This document shows positions 8,535-17,216 of a stretch of DNA of 64,000 nt, piece after piece. The notes beneath the pieces were generated by a model. That model worked only from the letters and a program-made list of their open reading frames with translations, searched no databases and was not told where the DNA came from. The translations under genes were made by a program, and so were the position numbers. Position 1 is the stretch's first letter; every line of letters starts with the position of its first letter. Origin of the DNA: Thermoanaerobaculia bacterium (lineage in GTDB: Bacteria > Acidobacteriota > Thermoanaerobaculia > UBA5066). The stretch lies in contig CAVRAY010000001.1 in NCBI GenBank assembly GCA_963719225.1, positions 2,944,001 to 3,008,000 on the forward strand. The letters are read 5' to 3'.

Positions 8535-10505
8535 ATGATCGAGCCCGACAGGCGCGAGTGGCTCGAAACGAACGGCCTCGGCGGGTACGCGATGTCGACG
8601 GTCACCGGCGAAAACACGCGCAGGTATCACGGTCTCCTCGTGGCGGCGACGAAACCGCCCGTGGGCCGCGTCGTGCTTCTCTCGAAGCTCGAGGAGACGC
8701 TCGTCGTCGCCGGTCGGCGGATCGACCTCTCGACGAACCGCTTCCCCGGCGTCACACACCCCGAGGGCTATCGGTTCCTGGAGGACTTCCGGAAGCATCC
8801 GTTCCCGACGTTCACGTGGGACGTGGACGGCGTCGTCCTGGAGAAGGAAGTCTTCATGCCGCGCGGCGAGAACGCCGTGTGGGTGACGTGGCGGATTCTG
8901 GATCGTGGTACGCAGGAGCGGTCGATCGGCCTCGAGGTGCGCCCCCTCGTCGCTTTCCGCGACTTCCACGCGCTGACGCACGAGAACGACGGGCTTGACC
9001 GGACGGTCGAGATCGCCGAGGGGAAGATCAGAATTGCTCCATACGGAGGTCTCCCCGAGCTCTTCATCGCGCACGACGGCAGCGCGGAGCGAGCTGGAGA
9101 CTGGTACAGATCCTTCGAGTATGAAGAGGAGAGGGCTCGAGGGTTCGACTTCAGCGAGGATCTGTGGCATCCGGTGACCCTCTCTTACTCATTCGAAGAA
9201 ACTCCCGGACGCGCGACCGCTCGCAGGGCCGCCAACTTCGTCGCTTCCACCTCCCCCCGCTCCGCATCCGACATTCACCTTCTAAGAAAAAACGAGCTCA
9301 CCCGGCGCGAGAACATCGCTGCAAAGGGTGGGCGCAGCCCATTCGTGCGCGCGCTCTTGCGCGCTTCCGACCAGTTCCTCGTCGCCCGCGGCAACCTGAC
9401 GACGGTGATCGCCGGCTACCCGTGGTTCTCCGACTGGGGCCGCGACACGATGATCTCGCTGCCGGGCCTCACGCTGACGACCGGCCGGCCGGAGGTGGCG
9501 AAGGAGATCCTCCTCGCGTTTTCGGAACACGTGGATCAGGGGATGCTCCCGAACCGCTTCCCGGACGCCGGAGACGCGGAGGAGCCGGAATACAACACCG
9601 TCGACGCGACGCTCTGGTACTTCGAGGCCGTGCGGCAGTACGTGGAGGCGACGGGCGACCTCGCGCTCGTCCGCGACCGCCTCTTCGGCGTCCTCGCGGA
9701 CATCGTCTCCTGGCACGAGCGCGGCACGCGCTACGGAATCCGCGTGGACGAAGACGGCCTCCTCGAATGGCACGCCTCCGGCGAGGCGCTCACGTGGATG
9801 GATGCGCGGATTGGAGGCCGACCGGTCACGCCGCGCGAGGGCAAGCCGGTCGAGATCCAGGCCCTGTGGTTCAACGCCCTCCGCACGATGAGCGACTTCG
9901 CGAGGAAGATCGGGGAAGAAAATTCTTCGAATGATTATCGGGCTCGTGCGGAGGTGTGCCGCGCGAGCTTTCTCTCGGTCTTCCCCGACGAGGGCGAAGG
10001 CCGCGGCCTCGTCGACTGCATCGACGGGACCTTCCGCGACCGCTCCATCCGCCCAAACCAGCTCTTCGCCGTGAGCCTCCACCACTCGATGGTTCCGAAG
10101 CCCCTCGCCCGAGGCGTCCTCGCGGTCGTCGAGGAGCACCTCCTGACGCCGTACGGTCTCCGCACGCTCTCACCGAGGGACCCGGCGTACCGCGGTCGCT
10201 ACGAAGGGGGACCGGCGGAGCGCGACTCGGCGTATCACCAGGGCACGGTGTGGCCGTGGCTCCTCGGGGCCTACGCGACGGCGTTCCGCCGGCTACACGG
10301 CGAAGGATCGAAGACCAAGAACGCGATCCGCCGCCTCCTCGCGCCGCTCCGGGATTTCCTGGTCGGCGACGGACTCGGGCAGCTTCCGGAGATCTTCGAC
10401 GGCGATGCGCCCCACCGACCGCGCGGCTGCCCGGCGCAAGCCTGGAGCGTCGCCGAGCTCCTGCGCGCAGCCGTCGACGCGAAAGCCCTGAAAACCCGGG
10501 AATAA
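8535..10505 (+). CDS. Glycogen debranching enzyme (amylo-alpha-1,6-glucosidase, GDE_N plus GDE_C)
   Basis: REWLETNGLGGYA...TRRYHGLLVAA, IAGYPWFSDWGRDTMISLPGL, YHQGTVWPWL, GCPAQAWSVAE. Confidence 0.93.
   Translation: MIEPDRREWLETNGLGGYAMSTVTGENTRRYHGLLVAATKPPVGRVVLLSKLEETLVVAGRRIDLSTNRFPGVTHPEGYRFLEDFRKHPFPTFTWDVDGVVLEKEVFMPRGENAVWVTWRILDRGTQERSIGLEVRPLVAFRDFHALTHENDGLDRTVEIAEGKIRIAPYGGLPELFIAHDGSAERAGDWYRSFEYEEERARGFDFSEDLWHPVTLSYSFEETPGRATARRAANFVASTSPRSASDIHLLRKNELTRRENIAAKGGRSPFVRALLRASDQFLVARGNLTTVIAGYPWFSDWGRDTMISLPGLTLTTGRPEVAKEILLAFSEHVDQGMLPNRFPDAGDAEEPEYNTVDATLWYFEAVRQYVEATGDLALVRDRLFGVLADIVSWHERGTRYGIRVDEDGLLEWHASGEALTWMDARIGGRPVTPREGKPVEIQALWFNALRTMSDFARKIGEENSSNDYRARAEVCRASFLSVFPDEGEGRGLVDCIDGTFRDRSIRPNQLFAVSLHHSMVPKPLARGVLAVVEEHLLTPYGLRTLSPRDPAYRGRYEGGPAERDSAYHQGTVWPWLLGAYATAFRRLHGEGSKTKNAIRRLLAPLRDFLVGDGLGQLPEIFDGDAPHRPRGCPAQAWSVAELLRAAVDAKALKTRE
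9276..9288 (+). repeat. Dispersed motif CACCTTCTAAGAA, in the debranching enzyme gene
   Basis: Exact 13-mer, read as HLLRK. Confidence 0.8.
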
Positions 10506-10554
10506 GACGGATCCCTTCCGGCATCCACCCCTTCGAAGCCGAAAGGAGAGCCCA

Positions 10555-11037
10555 TTGAAGCTGGCCCGGCTCGTTCTGGGGCTCGACGCTCGAATGGCGA
10601 AACTCCTCGCGCCACTTTCAGACGTCGTGCTGCTCGTCCTACGAGCCACATGGGGATGGCAGTTCTTCCAGACGGGCCTCGGAAAGCTCCGGAACATCGA
10701 GCGCGTCATCACGTTCTTCACGTCCCTCGGGATTCCGGCCCCGGCCCTGAGCGCGTATTTCGTCGGAACGCTCGAGATGGCCGGAGGTCTGCTCCTGCTC
10801 GTGGGCCTTTTCGCGCGCCCCGTCGCCCTTCTCCTCGCAGGGAACATGGTCGTGGCCTATCTCACCGCTGACCGCGGTGCGCTCTTCGGCGTTCTTTCCA
10901 ACCTCGAAGCCTTCCAGAAGGCGGATCCCTTCATGTTCCTCCTCGTCTCCGTGATCGTCCTCGCGTTCGGTGCGGGCGCCGTATCACTGGATCGCCTCAT
11001 GCAAAAGGCCGGAGCGGCTGATCCAGGTCCTCCGTGA
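10555..11037 (+). CDS. DoxX family membrane protein (BufD-like)
   Basis: LLVLRATWGWQFFQTGLGKL...F.SLGIPAP...E..GGLLLLVGL.AR...GAGAVSLD; TTG start after an AAGGAG RBS. Confidence 0.88.
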   Translation: MKLARLVLGLDARMAKLLAPLSDVVLLVLRATWGWQFFQTGLGKLRNIERVITFFTSLGIPAPALSAYFVGTLEMAGGLLLLVGLFARPVALLLAGNMVVAYLTADRGALFGVLSNLEAFQKADPFMFLLVSVIVLAFGAGAVSLDRLMQKAGAADPGPP

Positions 11038-11163
11038 CGTCCGTATGGAATGGAGTCGATTTTGCGACATAATCTCGTTCTCATACACGCCGCAATGCTA
11101 CGCATCGCCGGAAAAGCAGAAGAATCACCCCCAAAACTGCAAAGGAACTCCAAGGAGGCACCC

Positions 11164-11547
11164 ATGAATCGTCGCCAGTTCGCCACCACCCTCGGAGCCG
11201 CGGTCGCGGGCATCGTCGCCGGGAAAGCCCTCCTCGCCGACGACAAGCCGGCCGAGTCCGCCAAACCCAAGGACCACGTTTGCGCGGGCAAGAACGGATG
11301 TAAGGGCCAGGGCGCCTGTACCACGAAGGACAACGCGTGCGCCGGCCAGAACGCCTGCAAGGGCAAGGGCGGCTGCGCCTCGGCGTCCATGAAACACGAC
11401 TGTTCCGGGAAGAACGAGTGCCATGGCGCGGGCGGCTGCGCCACGAAAGACCACAAGTGCGCCGGCCTGAACGACTGCAAGGGCAAGGGGGGCTGCGCGG
11501 TTCCGCTCAAGAAGAAGGCGGCTCCCGCGGCGCCGAAGGCAAGCTGA
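11164..11547 (+). CDS. Cys-rich RiPP precursor (BufA2/bufferin-like metallophore) with twin-arginine signal peptide
   Basis: AAGGAGG RBS, then MNRRQFATTLGAAVAGIVAGKALLA. Four CxGxNxCxGxGxC units (12 Cys). Directly upstream of DUF692. Confidence 0.85.
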   Translation: MNRRQFATTLGAAVAGIVAGKALLADDKPAESAKPKDHVCAGKNGCKGQGACTTKDNACAGQNACKGKGGCASASMKHDCSGKNECHGAGGCATKDHKCAGLNDCKGKGGCAVPLKKKAAPAAPKAS

Positions 11548-11558
11548 TTCTTCTTCCC

Positions 11559-12431
11559 ATGGGAGACCGGTTCGGATTGCCCGATCTCGGCGTGGGGGTC
11601 GGGCTCCGCACGGTCCACTTCGGACACGTCCTCTCGAAGGCGCCCGACGTGGACTTCTTCGAGGCCCTCACCGAGAACTTTCTCGATACGGGCGGGCGGC
11701 CGCGCTACGTGCTCGACCGCGTCGCTGAGCGCTATCCGATCGTCCTCCACGGCGTCTCGATGTCCATCGGGGGGGCGGACCCTCTCGACCTCGGTTACCT
11801 GAAGAAGGTCAAGGCGCTCGCCGCGCGCGTGAACGCGCAGTGGGTGTCGGATCACCTCTGCTTCACCGGAGTTTCGGGGCGCAACACACACGACCTGCTC
11901 CCCCTGCCGTACAACGAGGAGACTCTGCGCCACGTCGTGTCCCGCGTGAAGCAGGCCTCCGACGCCCTCGAGCAGCCCCTCGTCCTCGAGAACCCGTCCT
12001 CGTACCTGGAGTTCCGGTCCTCGACGATGTCCGAGGCCGCGTTCTTCGCGCGCCTCCTGGAGGACGCAGACTGCGGGATGCTGCTCGACGTGAACAACGT
12101 CTACGTGAGTTCCGTGAACCACGGGTTCGATCCCGTCGCCTATCTCGATGCGATTCCGGCGGACCGAGTCGTGCAGTACCACCTCGCCGGCCACACCGAC
12201 AAGGGCACTCACCTCCTCGACACGCACAGCGCGCGCATGAAGAGGGACGTCTGGAAGCTCTATGCGCACGCGATCGCCCGCACGGGGCCGCGCACCACGC
12301 TGTACGAATGGGACGAGGACATCCCGAGCTTCAAGACCCTCCACGGCGAGGCGAAGAAGGCCTTCAGGTATCGCCCGCCCTTCGTGCGCGAATCCCGCTT
12401 CGACGCTCCGCGGCGGGCTGCCCGTGCCTGA
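11559..12431 (+). CDS. DUF692 multinuclear non-heme iron oxidative enzyme (MNIO; BufB-like)
   Basis: GVGLRTVH, FFEALTENF, LHGVSMSIG, WVSDHLCF, HDLLPLPY, LENPSSY, LLDVNNVYV, YHLAGH, LDTH, LYEWD. Confidence 0.95.
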   Translation: MGDRFGLPDLGVGVGLRTVHFGHVLSKAPDVDFFEALTENFLDTGGRPRYVLDRVAERYPIVLHGVSMSIGGADPLDLGYLKKVKALAARVNAQWVSDHLCFTGVSGRNTHDLLPLPYNEETLRHVVSRVKQASDALEQPLVLENPSSYLEFRSSTMSEAAFFARLLEDADCGMLLDVNNVYVSSVNHGFDPVAYLDAIPADRVVQYHLAGHTDKGTHLLDTHSARMKRDVWKLYAHAIARTGPRTTLYEWDEDIPSFKTLHGEAKKAFRYRPPFVRESRFDAPRRAARA

Positions 12432-13254
12432 GCTGCCGCGTCTCGAGCGTTGGATGCAGGCTGTGATCGTGCACCCGGCCGGCGTCGAAAAAGCCGTCCG
12501 CGCCCCGTCCGCGACGCGCCACTTGAGAGTTGCCGAAGCGCGCCGGGCGATCCTCCCTTCCCGGACGATGGAGCCCCTCGAGCGGCTCGCGGTCTATCAG
12601 GGGATGTTCCCGCTGCGCATGCACGATGCGCTGGCGGCCGATTATCCCGGCGTCGCCGCCTTCCTCGGACCCGAACGCTTCTTCGAATTCGTCCTCGCCT
12701 ACGTGGCGGTCCATCCCTCCCGCAGCTACACGTTCGCCCACCTCGGCACCCACGTGCCTGAGTTCCTGAGGAGAACGCGTCGCTTCTACCCCGCTCCCTT
12801 CCTCCACGACCTCGCGCGTCTCGAGCGCGCGATCACCGAGGTGTTCGAAGTCGACGAAGAGGGCGCGCAGCACCCGGTGCGACCGCTCCGCCACGTCGCC
12901 GCGGATTGGGAGTCGCGGCGCTTCGCCACGCCCTCGACGCTTCGGCTTCTCGCATTCGACCACGCCGCGGGAGCCGCGCTCGACGCGCTGAAGGCGGGGA
13001 AGCGTCCGCAAACCCGCCCGCGCGCGACGTGGACGGCGCTGCACCGCCGCCGCTACGCGGTCTACCGTCTCGAGCTGACGCGGCAGGAATTCCATCTCCT
13101 CGGCGCCCTCGCGAAGGGACGGACGCTCGGGGCGGCGCTTCGCGCGGCGGCCCGCGCATTTGGGAAAACGCTCGAGCCGCGCGCCGTCACGCGCGCGTTT
13201 CGCACCTTCACCGCGGAAGGCCTGCTTGCGGGGGTTGAGGGAAATCGATCCTAG
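12424..13254 (+). CDS. DUF2063/HvfC-BufC-like MNIO partner protein
   Basis: GTG start overlapping the DUF692 stop. ERLAVYQGMFPLRMHDALAADYPGVAAFLG..F...Y...HPS.S and DLARLERA are typical of this family. Confidence 0.85.
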   Translation: MPELPRLERWMQAVIVHPAGVEKAVRAPSATRHLRVAEARRAILPSRTMEPLERLAVYQGMFPLRMHDALAADYPGVAAFLGPERFFEFVLAYVAVHPSRSYTFAHLGTHVPEFLRRTRRFYPAPFLHDLARLERAITEVFEVDEEGAQHPVRPLRHVAADWESRRFATPSTLRLLAFDHAAGAALDALKAGKRPQTRPRATWTALHRRRYAVYRLELTRQEFHLLGALAKGRTLGAALRAAARAFGKTLEPRAVTRAFRTFTAEGLLAGVEGNRS

Positions 13255-13484
13255 GGCTTCGGTGCGCGCGGCGGCAGATCGCACGCCTGCGGATCCGACT
13301 GGAAGCCGATCTTGTTGTGGGTGCCGTCGCAGAACGGCTTGCTCGCGGACCCGCCGCAGCGGCAAAAGGCGATCGTCGTGCGGCCGCCGAGCCCGAACGC
13401 CTTCTCCGTGCCGTCCACGACGTTGACGTCCCCGGTCACGAGGAGCGGGCCGTTCGGCTTCACCAGAATCTTGACGTCGCTCAT
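13251..13484 (-). CDS. CDGSH iron-sulfur domain protein
   Basis: NGPLLVTG...FCRCGGSASKPFCDGTH. Confidence 0.93.
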   Translation of the reverse strand: MSDVKILVKPNGPLLVTGDVNVVDGTEKAFGLGGRTTIAFCRCGGSASKPFCDGTHNKIGFQSDPQACDLPPRAPKP

Positions 13485-13493
13485 CTCATCACC

Positions 13494-14000
13494 TCAATGC
13501 GGCTTCTTCTCGAGATCGAGGAAGCGCTTCTTCGCGGTCTTCAGGAAATCGAACGCGCGTCCCTTGCCCGACCAGCCCTCGAGCGTCACGTTCGCGGCGA
13601 GGCCGGGGCGCGAGACGACGAGGGTCGGAAATCCGCGCAGCCGATAGCGCTCCGCGAGCGCGAGCATCTCCGGGGAGTTCTGCCCGGTTTCGCGCATGCG
13701 ATCCACTACCTCGATCGGGACGAAGTCCTTCTCGACCTGGGCCGCCGTCTCCGGTACCGCGAAGACCTGCCCTTGGAGCTGCCGGCAGGGCTCGCACCAT
13801 CCGGCCGTGAAGAAGTAGAGCGCGGGCTTTCCGCTCTTCTTCGCCTCGGCATCACCGGCGGTGATCGAGCGCCACTTGATCGGTTCCTTGCCATGCGCGG
13901 CCTTCCTGAAGCTCGTATCCGATCGTGAAGGACCGGGCACGGCCAGAACGATCGCGAGGAAGGCGCCGAGCAACGGGGGAAGGGGCCGGGGGACACGCAT
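13494..14000 (-). CDS. Exported thioredoxin-like protein
   Basis: Signal-like N-terminus; KPALYFFTAGWCEPCRQL; GFPTLVV. Start placed 7 nt after TG-t-TAAGAT. Confidence 0.8.
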   Translation of the reverse strand: MRVPRPLPPLLGAFLAIVLAVPGPSRSDTSFRKAAHGKEPIKWRSITAGDAEAKKSGKPALYFFTAGWCEPCRQLQGQVFAVPETAAQVEKDFVPIEVVDRMRETGQNSPEMLALAERYRLRGFPTLVVSRPGLAANVTLEGWSGKGRAFDFLKTAKKRFLDLEKKPH

Positions 14001-14047
14001 CATTTCGATCTTAACAGCGGCGAATCGCCGCCGCACGCCGACAGGTC

Positions 14048-16009
14048 TCACCGCGCTTCGGGAAGGTCGGAAAGGAACGCGCGCAGGGACCGCGGCCATT
14101 CCGAAGGCGGACGCGCGAGCGCCTGCCTCAGCGTGACCGTCCGGATCCCGCGCCCCGCTTGGGAGAGGAGGGCGGCGGCCACGGCGTCCTGACCCGCGTC
14201 GCGCGCCGCGAGCGCCCGGACGAGGGCGACGACCGGAGCGTTCAGGACCCGCTCGGGCAGAGAGTCGAGAAACGCCCGGGCGTCCTCCATCCGCCCCGAA
14301 AGTCTCAGCGCTTCCGCCCGGAGGGCGGCGGTGTACGCGGAGGGCGAAACTTCGAAGAGCTTCCTGGCGAGGCGGGAGGCGCGATCCGGACGCGCGATGT
14401 CCAGATTCCGCAGCGTCTGATCCGCGAGCCCCGCGATCCAGGCGGTGCTGTACGTGCCCGGCCGCTCACCGTCGGGTCGCCCGAAGCACATGAAGAGGTG
14501 CGGCCACCGGAACCTGGAGGCGAGGTACCGCACGAGCGGCGTCTGCGTCGTGATCTGCGGCGAGTCGGCCGGAAGGCGCGGAACGGCATCGGGGCTCGTC
14601 GCGAGCCACGGAGGCGAAGCGAGGCGGCGCCTGCGCTCGTCGTCGTCACGCTCGGCGATGCGGTTCGCGAGGAGAAACGGATGAACCCGGAACGCCGAGA
14701 AGGCGGGGTCTGAAGCCGCAGGCACGTAGCGAGGCAGCCAGTACGTCCCCTCACGGCTCTCCGGCGGCCGGAAGGAAACGGGGTACTCCTCGTACAGCGC
14801 ACGTGGGACGCGCGCGAGCCCCGTGGCCGAAACGTAGTAGAACGTGGCCGCCTCGGCCTGAAACGTCCCGAGTGCGTTCACCCCGATGCCGAGGACGACG
14901 AGCCCGACGCCGGCGGCGCGTCGCGCGGGCGTCCCGACGGCCGTGCCCGCCGCCGAGGCGAGAAGCGGGACGAGCGGGACCAGGAAGCGCGGTCCCCACC
15001 CCCCGCTGCCGTCCCAGGCCCACCAGCCCGAGTAGAGCGCGAGCGTTCCCGCCGTGAGAGCGAGCATCGAGGCCGCGGCGCCGCGCGTCTCCCGCCCGCG
15101 AACGAGGGAGACGAGGCCGACCGCGGCGAGGAGACCCAGCGGGAAATAGAGCAGGAGCCCCTTGTTCGGGCCGACCAGGAGGCGCCAGGCCCCGTCGAGG
15201 GGCGGATGTGAGAAGAACTGCCCGCGCGAGTAGGAAGAGAAAGGGCGGCCGAAGCGAACGAATTCGAACGTGAGCATGGCCGCGATCGGGACGGCGATGC
15301 CCGCGAGAGCCGCGGCCCAGGCCCTCGACTTCTCACGCGCCGGAGGCCACGCGCCGGCGAGAAGCGGCAGCAGCGGCAGCGGGACGAAGAGGAGGTTCAC
15401 GACCTTCGTAAGCGCGAGAAAACCGGCGCAGAAGCCCGCGGCGAAGCCGAGCTCGAGAGCCCGCTTTCCTTCCGTCCGGCTCGCGCGGACCGCGAGCATC
15501 ACGGCGAATACGAGACACACGGCCTGGAGCGGCTCGGTGAACCCGCAGGCCGTGTACGGCCAGAGAGGCGAGGCGAGGGCCGTCCCGAACACGGCTAGGC
15601 CCTGGCCGAAAAGGCCCGCGCCCAGCAGCTTTGCGAGGAGGCCGGCTCCGCCGGCCGCCGCCGTCACGAGGAGGACTTGCAGGAGAACGAAGAGAGTCTG
15701 CGAGGTCCGCGCTCCAAAACGTGCCTCCCACGGGCCCGCAGCGAGGGCGAAAGGCACCTCGAGCAGCGGCAGGCCCATGCCGTAGGGCGAAACCGCGTCG
15801 CCGGCCGGCCGCGGGATGGCGAACGTCTGCCCGCGGGCGATCCCGACCTCGAAGGTCTCGGCGATCGAGATCGCCGTATAGAGCATCTGCTGCTCGTCGG
15901 AGACCGTCCCGAAGGTCCGCTCTTCCGCCGTCCCGGCGAGCAGGAGGAAGACGGCGAGTACCGAAAGACCGAGCGCACGCGGCGCGCTCTTCAGGGACGG
16001 GAGGGCCAT
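14048..16009 (-). CDS. Polytopic membrane protein, probable GT-C-fold glycosyltransferase
   Basis: SDE near the first loop, SPYGMG, LLVGPNKGLLLYFP, WWAWDGSGGWGPRFLVP; many TM helices; paralog of 24738-26264. Confidence 0.65.
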   Translation of the reverse strand: MALPSLKSAPRALGLSVLAVFLLLAGTAEERTFGTVSDEQQMLYTAISIAETFEVGIARGQTFAIPRPAGDAVSPYGMGLPLLEVPFALAAGPWEARFGARTSQTLFVLLQVLLVTAAAGGAGLLAKLLGAGLFGQGLAVFGTALASPLWPYTACGFTEPLQAVCLVFAVMLAVRASRTEGKRALELGFAAGFCAGFLALTKVVNLLFVPLPLLPLLAGAWPPAREKSRAWAAALAGIAVPIAAMLTFEFVRFGRPFSSYSRGQFFSHPPLDGAWRLLVGPNKGLLLYFPLGLLAAVGLVSLVRGRETRGAAASMLALTAGTLALYSGWWAWDGSGGWGPRFLVPLVPLLASAAGTAVGTPARRAAGVGLVVLGIGVNALGTFQAEAATFYYVSATGLARVPRALYEEYPVSFRPPESREGTYWLPRYVPAASDPAFSAFRVHPFLLANRIAERDDDERRRRLASPPWLATSPDAVPRLPADSPQITTQTPLVRYLASRFRWPHLFMCFGRPDGERPGTYSTAWIAGLADQTLRNLDIARPDRASRLARKLFEVSPSAYTAALRAEALRLSGRMEDARAFLDSLPERVLNAPVVALVRALAARDAGQDAVAAALLSQAGRGIRTVTLRQALARPPSEWPRSLRAFLSDLPEAR

Positions 16010-16584
16010 CTCTCCGTCACCTTCCGCTCCGATCCGGCGAGAGCGCGCCTCACCGCGGCGTCGGGCTCGGTCTCCACCGCGAAGTACTCGGCTCCGTCGC
16101 GGGCGAATCCCTGATCCGCGACGTGCCGCAGGGCGGTGAGGAGAGGGTCGAAATAGCCGGAGCCGTTGAAGAGGACGATCGGCCGCGAATGGTGGCCGAG
16201 CTGGCGCCACGTCACGATCTCGAAGAACTCGTCGAGCGTCCCGAAGCCTCCGGCGAGGGCCAGGAAACCGGCCGCCACTTCCGACATCCGCGCCTTGCGC
16301 TCGTGCATCGTCGTCACGACGTCGAGATGCGTGAGGCCGCCGTGCGCGACCTCCTTTTCCGCGAGGCCCGCCGGGATCACGCCGTAGACGGGCGCGCCCT
16401 CCTCGAGGGCCGCGTCCGCGAGGATCCCCATGAGCCCGACGCGCCCGCCGCCGTAGACGAGGCCCGCGCCGGCGCGAGCGATCGCGCGCCCGACGGCCGC
16501 CGCGTCTTCGGCGTGCACAGGCGAAAGTCCGGTGCGCGCGCCGCAGAAGACCGCGAGCATGGGCCGGTCGAAAGTGCGTGGCAT
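15991..16584 (-). CDS. LOG family (TIGR00730) nucleotide monophosphate nucleosidase
   Basis: AVFCGA, LVYGGGRVGLMG, MHERKARM, AGGFGTLDEFFEIVTWRQLG. Confidence 0.92.
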   Translation of the reverse strand: MPRTFDRPMLAVFCGARTGLSPVHAEDAAAVGRAIARAGAGLVYGGGRVGLMGILADAALEEGAPVYGVIPAGLAEKEVAHGGLTHLDVVTTMHERKARMSEVAAGFLALAGGFGTLDEFFEIVTWRQLGHHSRPIVLFNGSGYFDPLLTALRHVADQGFARDGAEYFAVETEPDAAVRRALAGSERKVTERWPSRP

Positions 16585-16632
16585 TCCGGAATGATGCCCG
16601 AACGGCCCTCCCGGGCTGTTAAGGTCGCCCGC

Positions 16633-17205
16633 GTGAGCCGGCCCGCGCCGCTCGATCCCGCCCGCGCGGCACTTCGTGACGCGCTCCTGCGGCACACCCC
16701 TGTGGACGCCGAGGAGGCGGACGACCTGAAGGAGATCCTCCTCCTCGTTGAGCGCGAGCGGGCCTGCTTTTCGCGCCATACGTTTTCTCCCGGGCACGTC
16801 ACGGGCAGCGCGTTCGTGGCCTGCCGTTCGACGGGGAATGTCCTCCTCCACCATCACCGGAGGCTCGACGCGTGGCTCCAGCTCGGAGGGCACGACGACG
16901 GAGAGCACGACCCGCGTGCGACCGCGCTGAGGGAGGCGGAGGAGGAATCGGGATTGAAGGACCTCGTCCTCCTGTCAGACGAGATCCTCGACGTCGACGT
17001 GCACGACATCCCCGCCGCGAAGGGCGAACCGCCCCACAAACATCACGACGTTCGTTACGCGCTCGAGACGAGACGCCCGGACAAAATTCAACGCGACGCG
17101 GGAGAGTCGCTCGACCTGGCCTGGTTCACGCTGGAGGCGGCGGCGGAAAAGATGAACGAGCCTGGCGCGCGGCGGGCACTGGCCCGTTTGGCGAAGCTCC
17201 TCTAG
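16633..17205 (+). CDS. NUDIX hydrolase
   Basis: GHVTGSAFV...LLHHHRRLDAWLQLGGH.DGE...ALREAEEESGL Nudix box; GTG start 7 nt after TG-t-TAAGGT. Confidence 0.88.
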   Translation: MSRPAPLDPARAALRDALLRHTPVDAEEADDLKEILLLVERERACFSRHTFSPGHVTGSAFVACRSTGNVLLHHHRRLDAWLQLGGHDDGEHDPRATALREAEEESGLKDLVLLSDEILDVDVHDIPAAKGEPPHKHHDVRYALETRRPDKIQRDAGESLDLAWFTLEAAAEKMNEPGARRALARLAKLL

Positions 17206-17216
17206 AACCGCCTGGA

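Noticed and set aside
10509-10537. Possible ECF-sigma promoter upstream of doxX (GGATCC...CGAA)
   Set aside because: The spacing (18-19 nt) and -35 do not fit the GTAACC-N16-CGAA type well, and there is no ECF gene nearby.
11270-11500. Repeated DNA units as a possible CRISPR or tandem array
   Set aside because: These are degenerate in-frame coding repeats of the Cys-rich precursor, with no constant repeat-spacer structure and no cas genes.
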